A stretch of 63,785 bases of DNA, filler included, from Choristocarpus tenellus KU-1152 (Eukaryota > Protista > Phaeophyceae): NCBI GenBank assembly GCA_964200185.2. It is 9 parts of 9 records of this genome, joined end to end, with 100 filler letters (N's around TTAATTAATTAA, not from the genome) between each part and the next. Parts side by side here need not be neighbours in the genome. Positions count along the whole stretch, not along the records: positions 1 to 6,867 come from CAXNAD020007176.1; positions 6,968 to 9,832 come from CAXNAD020024106.1; positions 9,933 to 18,526 come from CAXNAD020004552.1; 6 more parts are not named here. One strand, 5' to 3'. Below, in pieces: positions 1-12,274 of the stretch. The notes below the pieces were generated by a model. It was not told where the DNA came from. It worked only from the letters and a program-made list of their open reading frames with translations, and did no database searches. The position numbers and the translations under genes were made by a program. Numbering within the stretch: position 1 is the first letter of the stretch; the number at the start of each line of letters is the position of its first letter.

Positions 1-252
1 ATCAGCATACGCACTCAACTCACACTCAGTATCAAAACCACCAAAACTCAATCCAATACTGGGACACGTATTCAAATATGCTAAAATGCATTTCACTACA
101 CGCCAATGAGTGACTTTGGGATTGCTACTGTACTTGGCAACTTCACGAACTGCATTTGCAATGTCAAGCCTAGTCATAACAGATGCCCACATCAAACTAC
201 CAACTGCCTCTCTGTACGGTGTATTTTTATCAACACTTGGTTGATTCTCACT

Positions 253-891
253 CTAGTCTAGAGTCCTTGAGAGATCATGGGGTACCAACCTCTTCTTTGC
301 CCCATCCATACCAAATCTTTGACAAACACTCTTAATGTACCTAGTCTGACTGATGGTGACAGTCTGTGCATTTCTGTCACGTGAAATATCACAACCCATA
401 TAATACTCAAGATCACCAAAGTCTTCTATGGAAAATTGCTCTTTGATCCTAGAGCGAACCCAAATCAAAACATCCATTTTACCAGCTACCAATAGATCAT
501 CTACGTGAGGGGCTATCAAAGCACAAACAACGCTATCTCTTACATAGCACAACACACAAGGGTCTGCTTTGCATTGCTCAAAACCACACTTTTCCAAAAT
601 GTGCACCAACAGATTATTAAACTCACTGCTTGCCTGTTTGGTGCCATAAAGTGCCTTGATCAAACGCACAATCTTTCCAGACCATATACCACATCCATCA
701 CATAAATGTACAAAAATCTCCTCATTAATATCTGCTTGTATAAATGCCTGTTTCACATCCCAATGTTTCAATTCCCAATCCTTGTCTGCAGCTAAAGCTA
801 AAACCATTCTCAAAAATGCAGGAGACGGTGTTGGTGCAAAGGTATCTTGATAATCTAAGCCCTCAATCTGTCGAAAACCTTTTGCTACCAA
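253..891 (-). pseudogene. Copia reverse transcriptase (RVT_2) fragment
   Basis: VAKGFRQIEGLDYQDTFAP, KALYGTKQA, HVDDLLV, DLEYYMGCDI. Confidence 0.93.
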
Positions 892-1533
892 TCGTGCCTT
901 ATATCTAACTACCTCACCAATTTTGTTAATCTTACGTTTGTGGATCCATTTGGTGTCTATAGCTCTGCGTCCGGGGGGTAATACAGCTTCTACACAAAAC
1001 CTTATTCAACAATAAACCAGACATCTCTTCAGCTCTAGCTCGATCCCATAAATTACATTCGGGAGAGCTACATGCTGCTCTTACAGTCTTGGGTTCTGGA
1101 GGGGGCTTATTCGCTAACACTCTGATAGAATCATCACTCGCACACATCACAAGGGTAGTCTCTATGGAAACAGACAAACAAGTCATAAAAAAGTTGAAAT
1201 GTCAAAAACAGCAGCTTTGGCGGAAGTATTGCCTGATCTGGTGCGATGTGGTAGTATGTTGTCTTCACCATTTCCAATGTTGAGTCGTTGTAGTTCTCTT
1301 TCACATTGGCTGTCCTTGGCTTCATTCATCCCATCATCATCACCATCATTGTTGTCTTCATTCTCCTCCGCCTCGTTGTCATCATCAATCAATTTGATAC
1401 TCACTTCCTTAGCCCTACCAGCAGAATGTGAAGAGAGAAGATTGAAAGCTACTGTCGGGACATATGCAACAGACGTCAAAATTACATTCACCCACTCATC
1501 ACGGCTAACATTGAAATTTAAATCAATCTTGCC

Positions 1534-2769
1534 TTACCCCATAATGGGTAGTGATGTTCCGTCAGCCACGGTCATGTTGTGGCTTTGTAGACATGGAGCG
1601 AAGTCATACATGTACTTTGAGTAATTTGTTACACTGTTGGAAGCACCAGAATCAAAACTCCACGTTTCGAAAGCATTCAATCTCACCTTGCCATTATCAG
1701 CCACAGTGGCTAACATGGTCTTGAACTTCCTTCCAGTTTTAGCTGGTTCCTGCGATCCAGCTAGTACTCCCGCTGACTCTAACGGGTTCGCCCTCTGGCG
1801 ATATGAATTTTCCACCAACTTTGGTAGTACTGCCCTCGTCTGAGGGCTTGCCTTCCTGTGAAGATTTGCCCTCCTCTGAAGACTTGCCCTCCTCTGAGGG
1901 CAAACAGCTTGCTGGTGGCCAATCTTCCCGCAGCTGTAACACGATCCACTGAATGTACAGGAACCGAAATGTTTCGCCAATCCACACATATCGCAAATCT
2001 CTCGGGCCTTGGTAAGCTCCCTGGAATGGGACCCTGTCGTCCCAGGGTCAATACGATGACCAGTCATACCACGGCTGCTATCTCGGCCAGCCTTTATCAC
2101 GGTCCTCGCGGCCAGAGCACTCCCGGACTCTCCGCGATCTCCTACCTCTCGTTGAAGTGAGAAGTAGCGCGAGCGAGCAGCTTGTTGTATAGTAGTCCTT
2201 GAGCGCTCACTCTTGTTATGATACTGAAGATAGTGTTTGGTGATCTGATAGTCATCATCCAAACTGTCTAACATAGAGATTTCAAGAACCTGTTCGGACA
2301 TCACATGACCCATCATCGCCATCTGACCAACCCAGTCCATCATTGTTGTGAAGGTAATTTGGGGGTCTGACCCCCTTGGCATCTTGACCGTCATTACTTT
2401 CCTTTGAAGTCTGGATATTTCCTCATCTGACTGAATAAGGAAGTGTTCACGCAATTGTTTCCAGGCTCCTGAAGGTGAGGCAGCATTGCGGACTATACAC
2501 CGGTAAATTCCACCGGTGCTCCTCAGTAGGACGTCATATGCCTTCTTGGCCTTGGTGATCTCATCTTCATCTACATCTTCCGGCTTGATGAAATCAATAT
2601 CACCCACCCTGATTGGTTCCTCTCTGTACTCCAATGCTTCGTCGATGTCCCCCTTCGCCCCCAAAAATGCTCGGGTTGTAGCAAACCAATCGGCATAGTT
2701 GTTGTCCGTAAGTTGAAGGAGTTTGGCGTGAAAACCATCAGTAGCCATGAGTGATGCAAAACCAATCAA
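1534..2769 (-). pseudogene. Copia gag-protease ORF
   Basis: LTDNNYADW N-terminal gag motif, CCHC knuckle and DSGAS protease motif. The same frame continues past the stop into 1183-1491. Confidence 0.9.
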
Positions 2770-2823
2770 AAACCAGTCCGGCTGCGCCTCCCCTAGCTAG
2801 AGTTTGTATTAGACGCTTAAGCG

Positions 2824-3070
2824 TGTTGAAAAGCTTGGCGCACGTATGGCTCGTCGCCGAAAGCTAGCAGCTGAATTACATGGTAAAGCATAAACTGAAT
2901 TATTTATTATCCGCAAGGTATTGTCTCACTATACCATCTGTAATATCCCACTAACTTACCATAACATACCGATGTATACGTTACTACCTTGTATTGTACT
3001 AAACTAAAGATCAACGTACATATAAGCTATGTTGTTTACTTGGATCAGCACAGATAACGTAAGGATAACA
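2824..3070 (-). repeat. Candidate 5' LTR of the Copia element
   Basis: About 247 bp just upstream of gag, bounded on the minus strand by TGTT...AACA. The second LTR is outside the window, so this is unconfirmed. Confidence 0.35.
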
Positions 3071-3252
3071 CTAGGTTATTAGACACATAGACGACGAATG
3101 AAGACCACAAACCAAAGTAAGGAAAAAAAAAGAATCCAGGCGGGCGTAGGAAGCCACAAAGAATCCTAAGTGTTGAGGTGAATAATGTTGAAGTGTTAAG
3201 GTGAATACTGAGTATTCTCTCCAGTTTGAAGAGAGTCTCGGAAGGACCTCCA

Positions 3253-3861
3253 TGTTACAGGCGCCCCTCAGAACTCGCCTCCCCAGGATGTACAACTCAA
3301 ATCCAACGACCTTAAAACGATACTATGGGGGCGTTGCACTTTACAACAGTTTGTAGGGTGTCAGATGTCCTTCTCTTCTTGATATTCCACTGTGCTTAGC
3401 TCAAAGCTCGACTCAAAGTTTCGTTCAAGGAAAAAGATTAAGGACAGTGCATTAGTGGGGTGATAGATTGACCAAAAGCCCTCTTATTATTTTCATCATC
3501 TACCCAATTTCTTTGGTCTTCTATCAACTGCTCTATGGGCTCCAATCATAAACCTTTATTCTGCAACTTCTTAGTGACTTTGACATTTTCTTCTGTAATG
3601 TCACATAGGTATTCCGAATCTTACTCTGCATCTTCTATGAAATCATCATTTTTTCTGTAAGGCTACCTATGTGTTACTAATATCGTATATAGTTCGTACT
3701 TGTTAGAACACGAGAAACAATCCTCACACTATAAGTCTGTCACAAATGTTCGTATTTCCTAACACATGAGGAGAAAATGCTCGCGTTATTCGCGTGTAAC
3801 ACATGCTCGTACTTCGTTGGAACACAACATGAAGAAACGCTCGCGCTATTCGCCTGTAACA
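3253..3861 (+). mobile_element. Solo-LTR-like element, copy 1
   Basis: Starts TGTTACAGGCG and ends CGCCTGTAACA. Its ends are homologous to the inverted copy at 5246-5708. The last ~60 bp are tandemly duplicated. Confidence 0.7.
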
Positions 3862-4182
3862 CAACTCTCTACCATGAATTTGTTGACAATAAAACTGCCA
3901 GGGTCGAAAGAACCCTTGAGCGGATGTGCTTCGCGCCTCTGCTGCTGCAACAGCAGCTTGCGTGCTGAATCCAGGTGTTGTGTGGAGGGCTATATGCACT
4001 GGCCCCGGTCTGGATATCTGCCTGAGGTGAGAGATAAAATCATATGTTAGGCTGTTGAATGATGAGTTTTGAACAGTCATTGTTGGAAAGACCTACCATG
4101 ACAAGTCCAGTTGTTAAGCTGCGCTTTCCTGAAAAACCAGCCATATACTTCTCACAACCACAACCACCAACGATTGTCGTGA

Positions 4183-4439
4183 GAGTGAAAGCATCTTAGA
4201 GGGTAGGAATTTTGCCCTGTTTGTCATTTGGGGCTTGGCTTCCCACGTTTTTTTGTGACATTTTCCTACTCCGAAATGTTTCCGAGTAGGTAAAATGTGT
4301 ACGTTATGAAAAGATGTGTTGGGAGCATTGATATTGAGACCACCTTGATAAATATGATAGCCAAAATTACATCAAAATCGCAATATTGGATTTTGACACC
4401 CAAACGGTCGCGGCTCTACCCTCTGAGATACTCTGACTC
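4183..4439 (-). mobile_element. MITE family A
   Basis: GAGTGAAAGCATCTTAGAGGGTA...TACCCTCTGAGATACTCTGACTC termini with TGA target duplication. Confidence 0.8.
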
Positions 4440-5245
4440 TGACCTTCTCCCCACATGCTGGAAAAGACTTCTCGATGCAATAGTTGCAGGGGTGATGAAG
4501 GGCTATGCTTCAAATACCTCAGGGAGATTCACGGCCCCTTTTCTCTTCCCCTCGACCTGATCCTTCACGTCTTAGTCAAGCATTGACACAATTCGTGCCA
4601 TCAGTAGCGGGATCATTTCCAGAGGAGGTGGCAAGAGGCACGAGACAATAAAAAAAGTACAAATTTAACCTCCACAAAAGCAAGAAGGAAAAAATGTTTG
4701 ACGTTTTCTGTTGAAGGATCTACGCAAGTCTTGAACAAGCGATGGACGGGGTTCAGTTCCCTTGTTCCAATGGAGGGTCCCTTAACAATTCTTCTTTCAG
4801 TTCTTCATTATGTACCATAGGCAACACAGATGTATGATATCTGGAATCTCATCTTTCACGGCACTGAAAAGGGCCACATCAGTATCTGTGTTGAAGATCT
4901 GCCATAAACATGGAAAATAGAATGAAAGTCAAAACATGAAACTGCCTCCAGACAGTGCATGATCCTGGCAATCGTGGAGCACAAGACGAGTTCACGAGCG
5001 AGGAACGACCACCTGGTCTCTAAACGTCGTCCCCTTACGAAGATGGCCTAGTAAATACGAACGATGCAGTAATTCTCTACGAAGGAAAAAATACGACACG
5101 GACGTCGTTGATTCCTTATCAGGTGGTTGGGCGACATTTGGGAACTGCAAATACCTGAAATATGGTCGGAACTCGGACTCCTGGTCCTTGCACAATTTCT
5201 CCGCGTCCACTACTGCAGAAAACACAGAAGTGGAACTAGTAGAAA

Positions 5246-5708
5246 TGTTACAGGCGAATAGCGCGAGCATTTCTTTCTGTGTGCCAAAATACGCGAACAG
5301 GACACATACGTAAGAATTCATGCAAGAGGAACTTTTAATGGATAGAAGATGCAGAGTAAGATTAGAAATATACATAATCTCACAGAATAGATTTCAATTC
5401 TTGAAAGTTGCAGAATAATGATTTATGATTGAAGTATCTACTAGCAGTTAGCAGACTTCATTTTACTCTTTGGCTGTAGAAAAACGATGGATGAAAGTTA
5501 ATAAAAGGGTGAAGGCTCACCACAACCCTCAGTTCTTTTTGATGTACCTCTTTTGATCAAGCGAAAAGCGAGACATTGACTGAGCTAAGCATCAAACTGA
5601 CACCGAACGTGGTCATCATCTGTGGACCCCCCTCGTAGCGTCGTTTTAAGGTCGTTGGATTTGAATTGCATATCCTGTGGAGGTGAGTTCTGAGGGGCGC
5701 CTGTAACA
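5246..5708 (-). mobile_element. Solo-LTR-like element, copy 2, inserted in the Gypsy pol relic
   Basis: 11-bp terminal inverted repeat TGTTACAGGCG/CGCCTGTAACA with a 4-bp target duplication GAAA (5242-5245 and 5709-5712). Confidence 0.8.
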
Positions 5709-6505
5709 GAAAGTCCACGATCACGTTGGATGGGCGTTTGCGTGTCAAATTTGGAAGCTGATCACTCATACTCCTTTTGAACACATGTGTTAAATGCACG
5801 ATTACCGTTGAGCACATTTCGACAGATGGGTGCCAGCATTGGAGCAACAGATATCTCCTGTTCCTCAAACTTGAAAATTCGAGATAGATTGTGAGGTATA
5901 TAATTAAGCTTACCAGGCTTTTGTTTGACATTGAAATCATAAGCTTGAAATGCCATAACCCAACGAGTATCCTACATTATATACAAATAATGCATTGCGG
6001 CAAGGTCTGTAATGCAGGTAAAGTGTCTACCCTAGAGATACGGTCACCAATGAGTGATAGTGGCAACGACTGTATAATTCTATCTTAATGTAGATGAGCA
6101 GTGATGTTGAGCTCCATTTAATTTCTTCCTGAAGTGTGTAATAATACCTAGGTCATCAGAATTATCGGATCGGGGTTGTGCTAAAAAATTCCAGCATCAC
6201 TCTCACTAATATCAACATGGACGACGTGGTCTTTGGAAAAGCCAGGAAATACGAGAACCGGGATTGTATTGAGTACCAATTGTTTCATTTTCGAAAAATG
6301 CCACACCCTGATCCAATCTGCATTCCTTAGCAATGTTCTTACTGATATCTGTCTTAGTATGAGACGAACTAACGGTTCAATGGCTGTAGCTAGGTTGAGT
6401 ATAAACGTACGATTAAAATTAACCATACCTAGAATAGATCGAAATCCTTTGATATTGGTGGGTTTAGGTAATTTAGTGGTGGAGCTCGTGAGAACCCGAT
6501 CTTCA

Positions 6506-6660
6506 GGCTCAAAGTATCTGGGGAGGTGGGCGAAGGTCTACACCAGGGTGTCCATTATCTATTATCCATCCGACGCATGCAACCAGATCACCCAAAAACC
6601 GCGACATGGGAAAATGGACCTCGAGTGGACAGCGGGCCCCCCCCTAGATACTTTGAGCTG
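6506..6660 (+). mobile_element. MITE family B, complete copy
   Basis: GGCTCAAAGTATCTGGGG...CCCCTAGATACTTTGAGC termini, TTCA duplicated on both sides. Removing it restores the Gypsy peptide IGEDRV. Confidence 0.8.
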
Positions 6661-6828
6661 TTCACCAATACACATCCCTTCAGACAACAAAAGTGACTTA
6701 CTTAGAAGAGTTATTTTGCTCCAAATTGGATTTTTTACGGTTTCAAGTTTAAACCTGTTGCTTGCAAAACTTTGAACTGCCGCTCTAGTTGATGCGAATG
6801 TCACTTCCCATTTGGGAGAACAAGCAAA

Positions 6829-6867
6829 GAGCCAAAGTATCTTAGAGGGTAGCACCGCGTCCATTTG
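6829..6867 (+). mobile_element. MITE family A terminus at contig end
   Basis: GAGCCAAAGTATCTTAGAGGGTAGCACCGCGTCCATTTG. Confidence 0.75.
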
Positions 6868-6967
6868 NNNNNNNNNNNNNNNNNNNNNNNNNNNNNNNNN
6901 NNNNNNNNNNNTTAATTAATTAANNNNNNNNNNNNNNNNNNNNNNNNNNNNNNNNNNNNNNNNNNNN
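6868..6967. other. Artificial contig spacer (also 9833-9932, 18527-18626, 21840-21939, 32283-32382, 37470-37569, 43040-43139, 49231-49330)
   Basis: Identical 100-nt N-runs with a central TTAATTAATTAA, which gives stops in all six frames. Confidence 0.97.
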
Positions 6968-7422
6968 CCACGCCTCCTATTTTCACCCTGCGTTTAACCC
7001 TAACCCTCTACATTATTTTTTTGTAGTTGCGTTATAAGAATCCAAGATTGGATCATTTTTGAGCGCAAGATAAGTCGGCCAGAGACAGATTCAATTTGTA
7101 CTTGATCATGGTCGAAACTTACACACTGCACAATACGCACCACTGGAGGTGCACAAATGGCTGTCCTTCGCAGGTAATGAGTGCATGCAGGGTACTGTTC
7201 AACGCGAATATATATATATATATGTATAGTATTAAAATCACCCCTTTATTTTCATTTTTAATTCATTGCAGTGATTCAGTCGAATCTAAGATTTGTCACA
7301 CTACACTTAACATGTGTGTAATGTTTGATGTCCTCCTCCCTTCATTCAGTCTCAGGAAACCCCCCTCCCCTCTCCCCTTCACCGAATTCAATTTGATTGT
7401 GGTGTTGTATGGTGTGGACCAG

Positions 7423-7572
7423 GCGGTTCAAGCATCTAAGTTCCACTTGCAGTATCCTCTCATGGCGTCCTCGAGTGATGATGGTACGATTCACGTCTTC
7501 CATGCCACAGTCTACTCAGATCTCCTTCGCAACCCACTGGTGGTTCCACTGAAGATTCTAAGGGGTCATGAG
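7423..7572 (+). CDS. BOP1: Ribosome biogenesis WD40 protein BOP1/Erb1, penultimate exon
   Basis: AG|...|GTGAGT borders, 150 nt; FHLQYPLMASSSDDGTIHVFHATVYSDLLRNPLVVPLKILRGH matches the BOP1 C-terminus. Confidence 0.92.
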
Positions 7573-8737
7573 GTGAGTGAATCTTGCAATTAATATCGTA
7601 AAATATATATATACAGTATATACTGATCTGAGAAAAAGCAAAAAAAAAAAAAAAAAAAAGGTCTCTGTGTGAAGAATGTGTGTGGGTAGGTTTTGGTAGA
7701 GGTGAGGTGAGGTGTGGTACCTGGAGAGGGGTCTGAAATGGAGCTTGAAAATGTGCCGGGTTGCTGGCTTTCCTGAAGAGTTGAATGATAAAATTGGAGA
7801 GTTGGTACAGAGTATGTATGGGTGGGGGGGGGTATGTCATGTCGGCGGTGAGGGCATGAGGTGAACGTTTGACTCTTTTGAAATTTGACTCTTTTCGTTT
7901 AACAATTGTTTTGATCCCCTGGCTCGATGAGATTTGAAGTGTGTTGGACAGTTGGGATCATGGCAATGGTGGGTGCATGTGGCATATACGAGATAGTATC
8001 ATAGGACATATTTTTGTATTTTATGTTTTGCAAGTGTTACGGAAATGGATAACTCTCTCATTTCTCCTGAGTTTCCTTGAACTCCGTAGTTACAGGTTTT
8101 ACCCTTCATTTACCCTGTACTGAAAGTATCACAAATTTGTAGTCTTGTAGTCTTGTTCGTGTGTCTGCTCAGGCTTCTTTACTTCTATATTAATAGCAGT
8201 TGCTACTGGATTAGGGTCAGGGTCTCATATTTTTGTGTTTAGATCTTTATCTGTATCTGTTTGAGCTTTGCTATCGTAGAAGAGACCAACTTAAGTTTGT
8301 GTACTATTTTTGAGAAGATTTCCCCTCCCTTCCCCTTGCCCTTCCCCTTCCCCTTCCCCTCCCATTGGATTGTAAGTGGTTTGTAATGATAAAGTTATCG
8401 TTGTATTTTGCATTTGGTAAATCGATCCTTGTGGAGCATGCATGACAAGGCCATAGATAAGGTTTCTACCCCTTTTTTTTTATTCTTCGGTTTTTTCATT
8501 TTTGATATCAGCATGCACCACATTTTGCAAGTGTATTTTACAAACATAATCATATTAGCTCCACTGAAGTACTGGTAAGAATATACTTTGTATCAAGTTA
8601 CACCTTATCAATCAATATACGCTGCTTTTTGTCTCATCGCAAATTCTTTCATATCGTTAGTCCTCTTATCCTATCTCCTTGCCTACACCACGATTCCCTC
8701 ACAAGACCTTAACCAACTCCGAACTGCTACTCCAAAG

Positions 8738-8842
8738 GTCACTGGAGGGCTAGGTGTCCTTGCGGTTGCCTTCCACCCCCGACAACCTTGGCTTTTCAGT
8801 GCTGGTGCAGACGGTGCTGTTCGTCTCTTCCAGGATATCTGA
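8738..8842 (+). CDS. BOP1: BOP1/Erb1 last exon
   Basis: VTGGLGVLAVAFHPRQPWLFSAGADGAVRLFQDI*, in phase with the previous exon. Confidence 0.92.
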   Translation, partial: VTGGLGVLAVAFHPRQPWLFSAGADGAVRLFQDI

Positions 8843-9757
8843 TTCATAGCAATGTGTAGTAGACTCAAGTGATTTTAATAGTCATGACTTGTGTCCAAGT
8901 CAGGCAACAGTGGGTAGTGTGAGAGAGAGCAAAAGAAGGGGTAGAAGCATTTGCAAGATAGGACTACTTGTTGAGTGTGTGTGTGTGTGTTTATCTGTAT
9001 TTGTCGAGGGTGACTTGAGAAGGCTTACTTGTAGGAACATAGTGTGCTGTCGAGCAGTTGGAGGGCACTTGTTGGTAGGTGGCTATGGTTTAGCAGAAGA
9101 TGGGATGCTGAAGCTTTACATGCTTTTGCATTCAGGTGGACGCTAGAGGGTGATGGAAACAGCTTGTGTGTGTCTGTTGACCTAAAAAAGCCGTTCTTCT
9201 TGGAGTGTGTTATGTAGAGGAGAGTTGTGGACAGGATGTGGAGGGGGGACCTCTACAGTTGTTTCTCTTAATCTCGACGTTCTCTTGTTCTTTATTTCTC
9301 TCCTCGCAATTTGTTGGCGTTCAATAGTGCGTGTATCTGCTGGGCTCTGTTTGAGGAACCAAAAGCAAAAAACCAAATACTTCTGAGTAAGGTGTAATAT
9401 ATACTATATTTAGTATTATTTTCTTTTGTCTTTGATGGTTAGTTGAATTTAACCTTTTCTCATAGTCATAGCGCTCTCCTACCAATCCCACCAATATAAA
9501 AAACACACACACACACACATCACAGAAAAAATTCAGTGTCCTTGTTTGTATTCATTCGTTCAAATAGATGTCAAATTAGACAACATTGAACCTCTGAATG
9601 TAATACTTTAATATTATTTGCTCACTTTCACTTTGGTGATGACATATCTTACCCAAAACAGTCACTGGTACTACTACTGCTACTACAATTTTCTGAATTT
9701 TGTGGGGTAATCATGAGTGTGAATGAGATCCTTGTTGTGGGGTCCTGCAACTGTATA

Positions 9758-9832
9758 GGGTCAAAGTATCTGGGGGGGGGTGTCGTCCGTTTTTCACCCT
9801 TTTTTCGATTTTCACTTTTTTGGTGTGATTTG
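9758..9832 (+). mobile_element. MITE family B terminus at contig end (similar termini at 18500-18526, 21940-22005, 32243-32282, 42971-43039, 49331-49402)
   Basis: GGGTCAAAGTATCTGGGGGG motif or its reverse complement next to a spacer. Confidence 0.7.
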
Positions 9833-10340
9833 NNNNNNNNNNNNNNNNNNNNNNNNNNNNNNNNNNNNNNNNNNNNTTAATTAATTAANNNNNNNNNNNN
9901 NNNNNNNNNNNNNNNNNNNNNNNNNNNNNNNNTGTGGAGCGGTTTGGGGGGGGGGGGGGGGGGGGGGGTGTCTGAAGTACACACCCAAGCGTTCGCTTGT
10001 CCCGTGCAAGAGGATAGAGTATAAATAATAATAATATTGTTGTTAGAACTTGTTTCTGTTCGTTTGTGTGATTGAGTAGTACCATATGACCAAGAGGGTG
10101 ACTATGATGTCTGAAATATAATGTACTATATGAATTTGTGTACGGTATACATCAGCATCTTGAAGGTATCTTGTGCAGAATGTTATATAGACGCATATAT
10201 ATATATATATATATGATTTTTTACATACATTCAGAATGAATCATGTATTTATATATTCTGATCTGAATGTGCAATGGTGTGTGATGTAGAGTAGTGTGTT
10301 TCTGTTTGGTGACACATACATACCCACCTGTCATATGCAG

Positions 10341-10454
10341 GTGCAAGTTAAGCTGGAAGGAGCAGCTTGTGAGGCAAGTGTAGCAGAAGAGAAAGGGGAT
10401 TATGATCTCTTAGACAAGGTCAGAAAGGCTGAAAATCAGCTCCTGGCAAGGCAA
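10341..10454 (+). CDS. Putative internal exon, unknown protein (donor site uncertain)
   Basis: GCAG| acceptor and open frame VQVKLEGAACEASVAEEKGDYDLLDK. Confidence 0.4.
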
Positions 10455-11189
10455 GTGAACTGAGTTTGTTTTGTTTTGGAGGGGGGGAGATGGAGGTAGG
10501 GGTGGTATAGCCTTCATAAGCTGTATTTTTGTTAAGTTTTTTTGCTTTGAGAAGGGTAGGAATTAGGGAAAGGGATAACATTTATTTTTATTTTGTGTAT
10601 ATGCGTTTTGTTTTCTTTAATGGAAGTTGGTCTTTTTCGTGTATTTTCATATGTAGTATGTACAGTCATGGTAGCTTATGAGCAGTTGTTCAAACAATGG
10701 TTACGAAGGTGAGCTAGTTTTGAAGTTTGTAGTTGCAGGGTGGAAAGGATTGGACAAAAGGGGGTACATCCTTTGTTATCTTTTATTTGATGTGAAAAGG
10801 GGATGTCAACTCCTGGTTGGAGGTGGAGAGGGAATGGGAGGCGCAAGCAAGGGGTTTTGTATTGTTTGGAAATTTTCATATTTGAAAATGATTGCATATT
10901 TCATAGCTGTCTCGAGACCAGTGCTGATAGAGCTTGTTCCAAACTTTGTACGCAGAATTGCATATAGTTTAGATAACATTTTTGAGGTTAAACAGCATTA
11001 TTCAGTCACCTTTTTGAATGAATGCATACCTGCTGTTTTGATTACATACATGTATGTCGTTTTTTATACAATGCATTTGTTAAGAGCTATCAGAAACTAG
11101 GGAGATATATACTTGGTGAATGTTTGAATTGAAGGGACTATTTTGATATTATAAAGGTGTGTCTTTTGCCTATGTTCATGGAGGCATGA

Positions 11190-11453
11190 GAGCCAAAGTA
11201 TCTTAGAGGGTAGAGCCGCGTCCATTTGGGGACCAAAATCCAATGTTGCGATTTCGATGTAATTTTGGCTATCGTGTTTGTTAGGAAGTGTCAACATCCA
11301 TGTTCCGGACACACCTTTTCATAATGCATATATTTTACCTACTCCTTAACAGTTTCGAGTAGGAAAATGTCGTTAAAAACCCATGGGAAGCCAAGCCCCG
11401 AGTGGACAAACAGGGCAAAACTCGTACCCTCTCTTAATAAGATACTTTCACTC
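11190..11453 (+). mobile_element. MITE family A
   Basis: GAGCCAAAGTATCTT...AAGATACTTTCACTC termini with ATGA duplicated. Confidence 0.85.
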
Positions 11454-12015
11454 ATGAATGAGCGCAAACACCACTTTATGAAGTATGACCATATTTTGTG
11501 TGACCAAGCTAAGGCCAGTTCAAGGTACCTGTACTCCATGTATGACTTCCTAACCCAGTGTGGGCCTCAATGACCAGCATCAACAAAGAGATGTCCTAAG
11601 CAACAGGCTGGTGTTGTTGTCTGCACTTGTATTAATTAACCAGTCTTGCAATGTGCTTTCTCGTTGTGTTTTGGTGGCTCAGTGGAAAAGTTCCTGAGTC
11701 TGAAACCATAATTAATTATTATTATGTATAATTAATTAACAAATAATTTTGAGCAAAGGTAGCAGTTTGTGCTCTGGGCACAAAAGCAGAAGCACAGAGG
11801 GTATGTCCGTTTTTAGTGCATACCTGAAAGGATATCATTTTATATTTTATATTGTTCTACACTCGGCTTCTAAATCGTTTACAATACACGTCTTTTTTAA
11901 GGGCGGACCCGGCTAAAAGATGTAGGAACTTCCTGATTTTTGCTGACTGAGAAATCAGATATCGACAGAGTGGTATGATGGTACAATGTTTACTGATAAC
12001 AGTGTAAGTGGTTTG

Positions 12016-12274
12016 GAGCCAAAGTATCTTAGAGGGTAGAGCCGCGTCCATTTGGGGGTCAAAATTCAATGTTGCGATTTTGATGTAATTTCGGCTATCG
12101 TGTTTGTTAGGAAGTGCTATTATCCTTGTTCCAGACACACCTTTTCATAACGTATACAATTTACCTACTCTGAAACATTTTGGAGTAGGAAAATGAAATT
12201 AAAAGACCCATGAGAAGCCAAGCCCCAAATGGACAAACAGGGCAAAACTCATACCCTCTAGGATACTTTTACTC
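12016..12274 (+). mobile_element. MITE family A
   Basis: Same termini and internal sequence; TTG target duplication. Confidence 0.85.

Larger units (their letters stand above)
1..3070 (-). mobile_element. Decayed Ty1/Copia LTR retrotransposon (gag-protease-RT-start of RNase H; integrase absent; runs off the window edge)
   Basis: Gag with zinc knuckle CYSCGKIGHQQAVC, Copia protease motif WSFDSGASNSVT, RT motifs KARLVAKGF, DVKQAF and HVDDLL, then YREAVGSLMW and LSAYAD at base 1. Contains an in-frame stop at 1534-1536 and frameshifts near 1185 and 990. Confidence 0.93.
4940..6828 (-). mobile_element. Ty3/Gypsy pol relic (RT end, RNase H, start of integrase) with nested insertions
   Basis: PTNIKGFRSILGMVNFNRTFI, LVFPGFSKDHVVHVDISE and YDFNVKQKPGKLNYIPHNLSR, then DQVVVP and a CQDHALSGG integrase zinc-finger-like start. 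Many stops and frameshifts. Confidence 0.8.

Noticed and set aside
11097-12138. Recurring short ORFs (...MDAALPSKILWL...)
   Set aside because: These are incidental translations of MITE family A copies, not genes.
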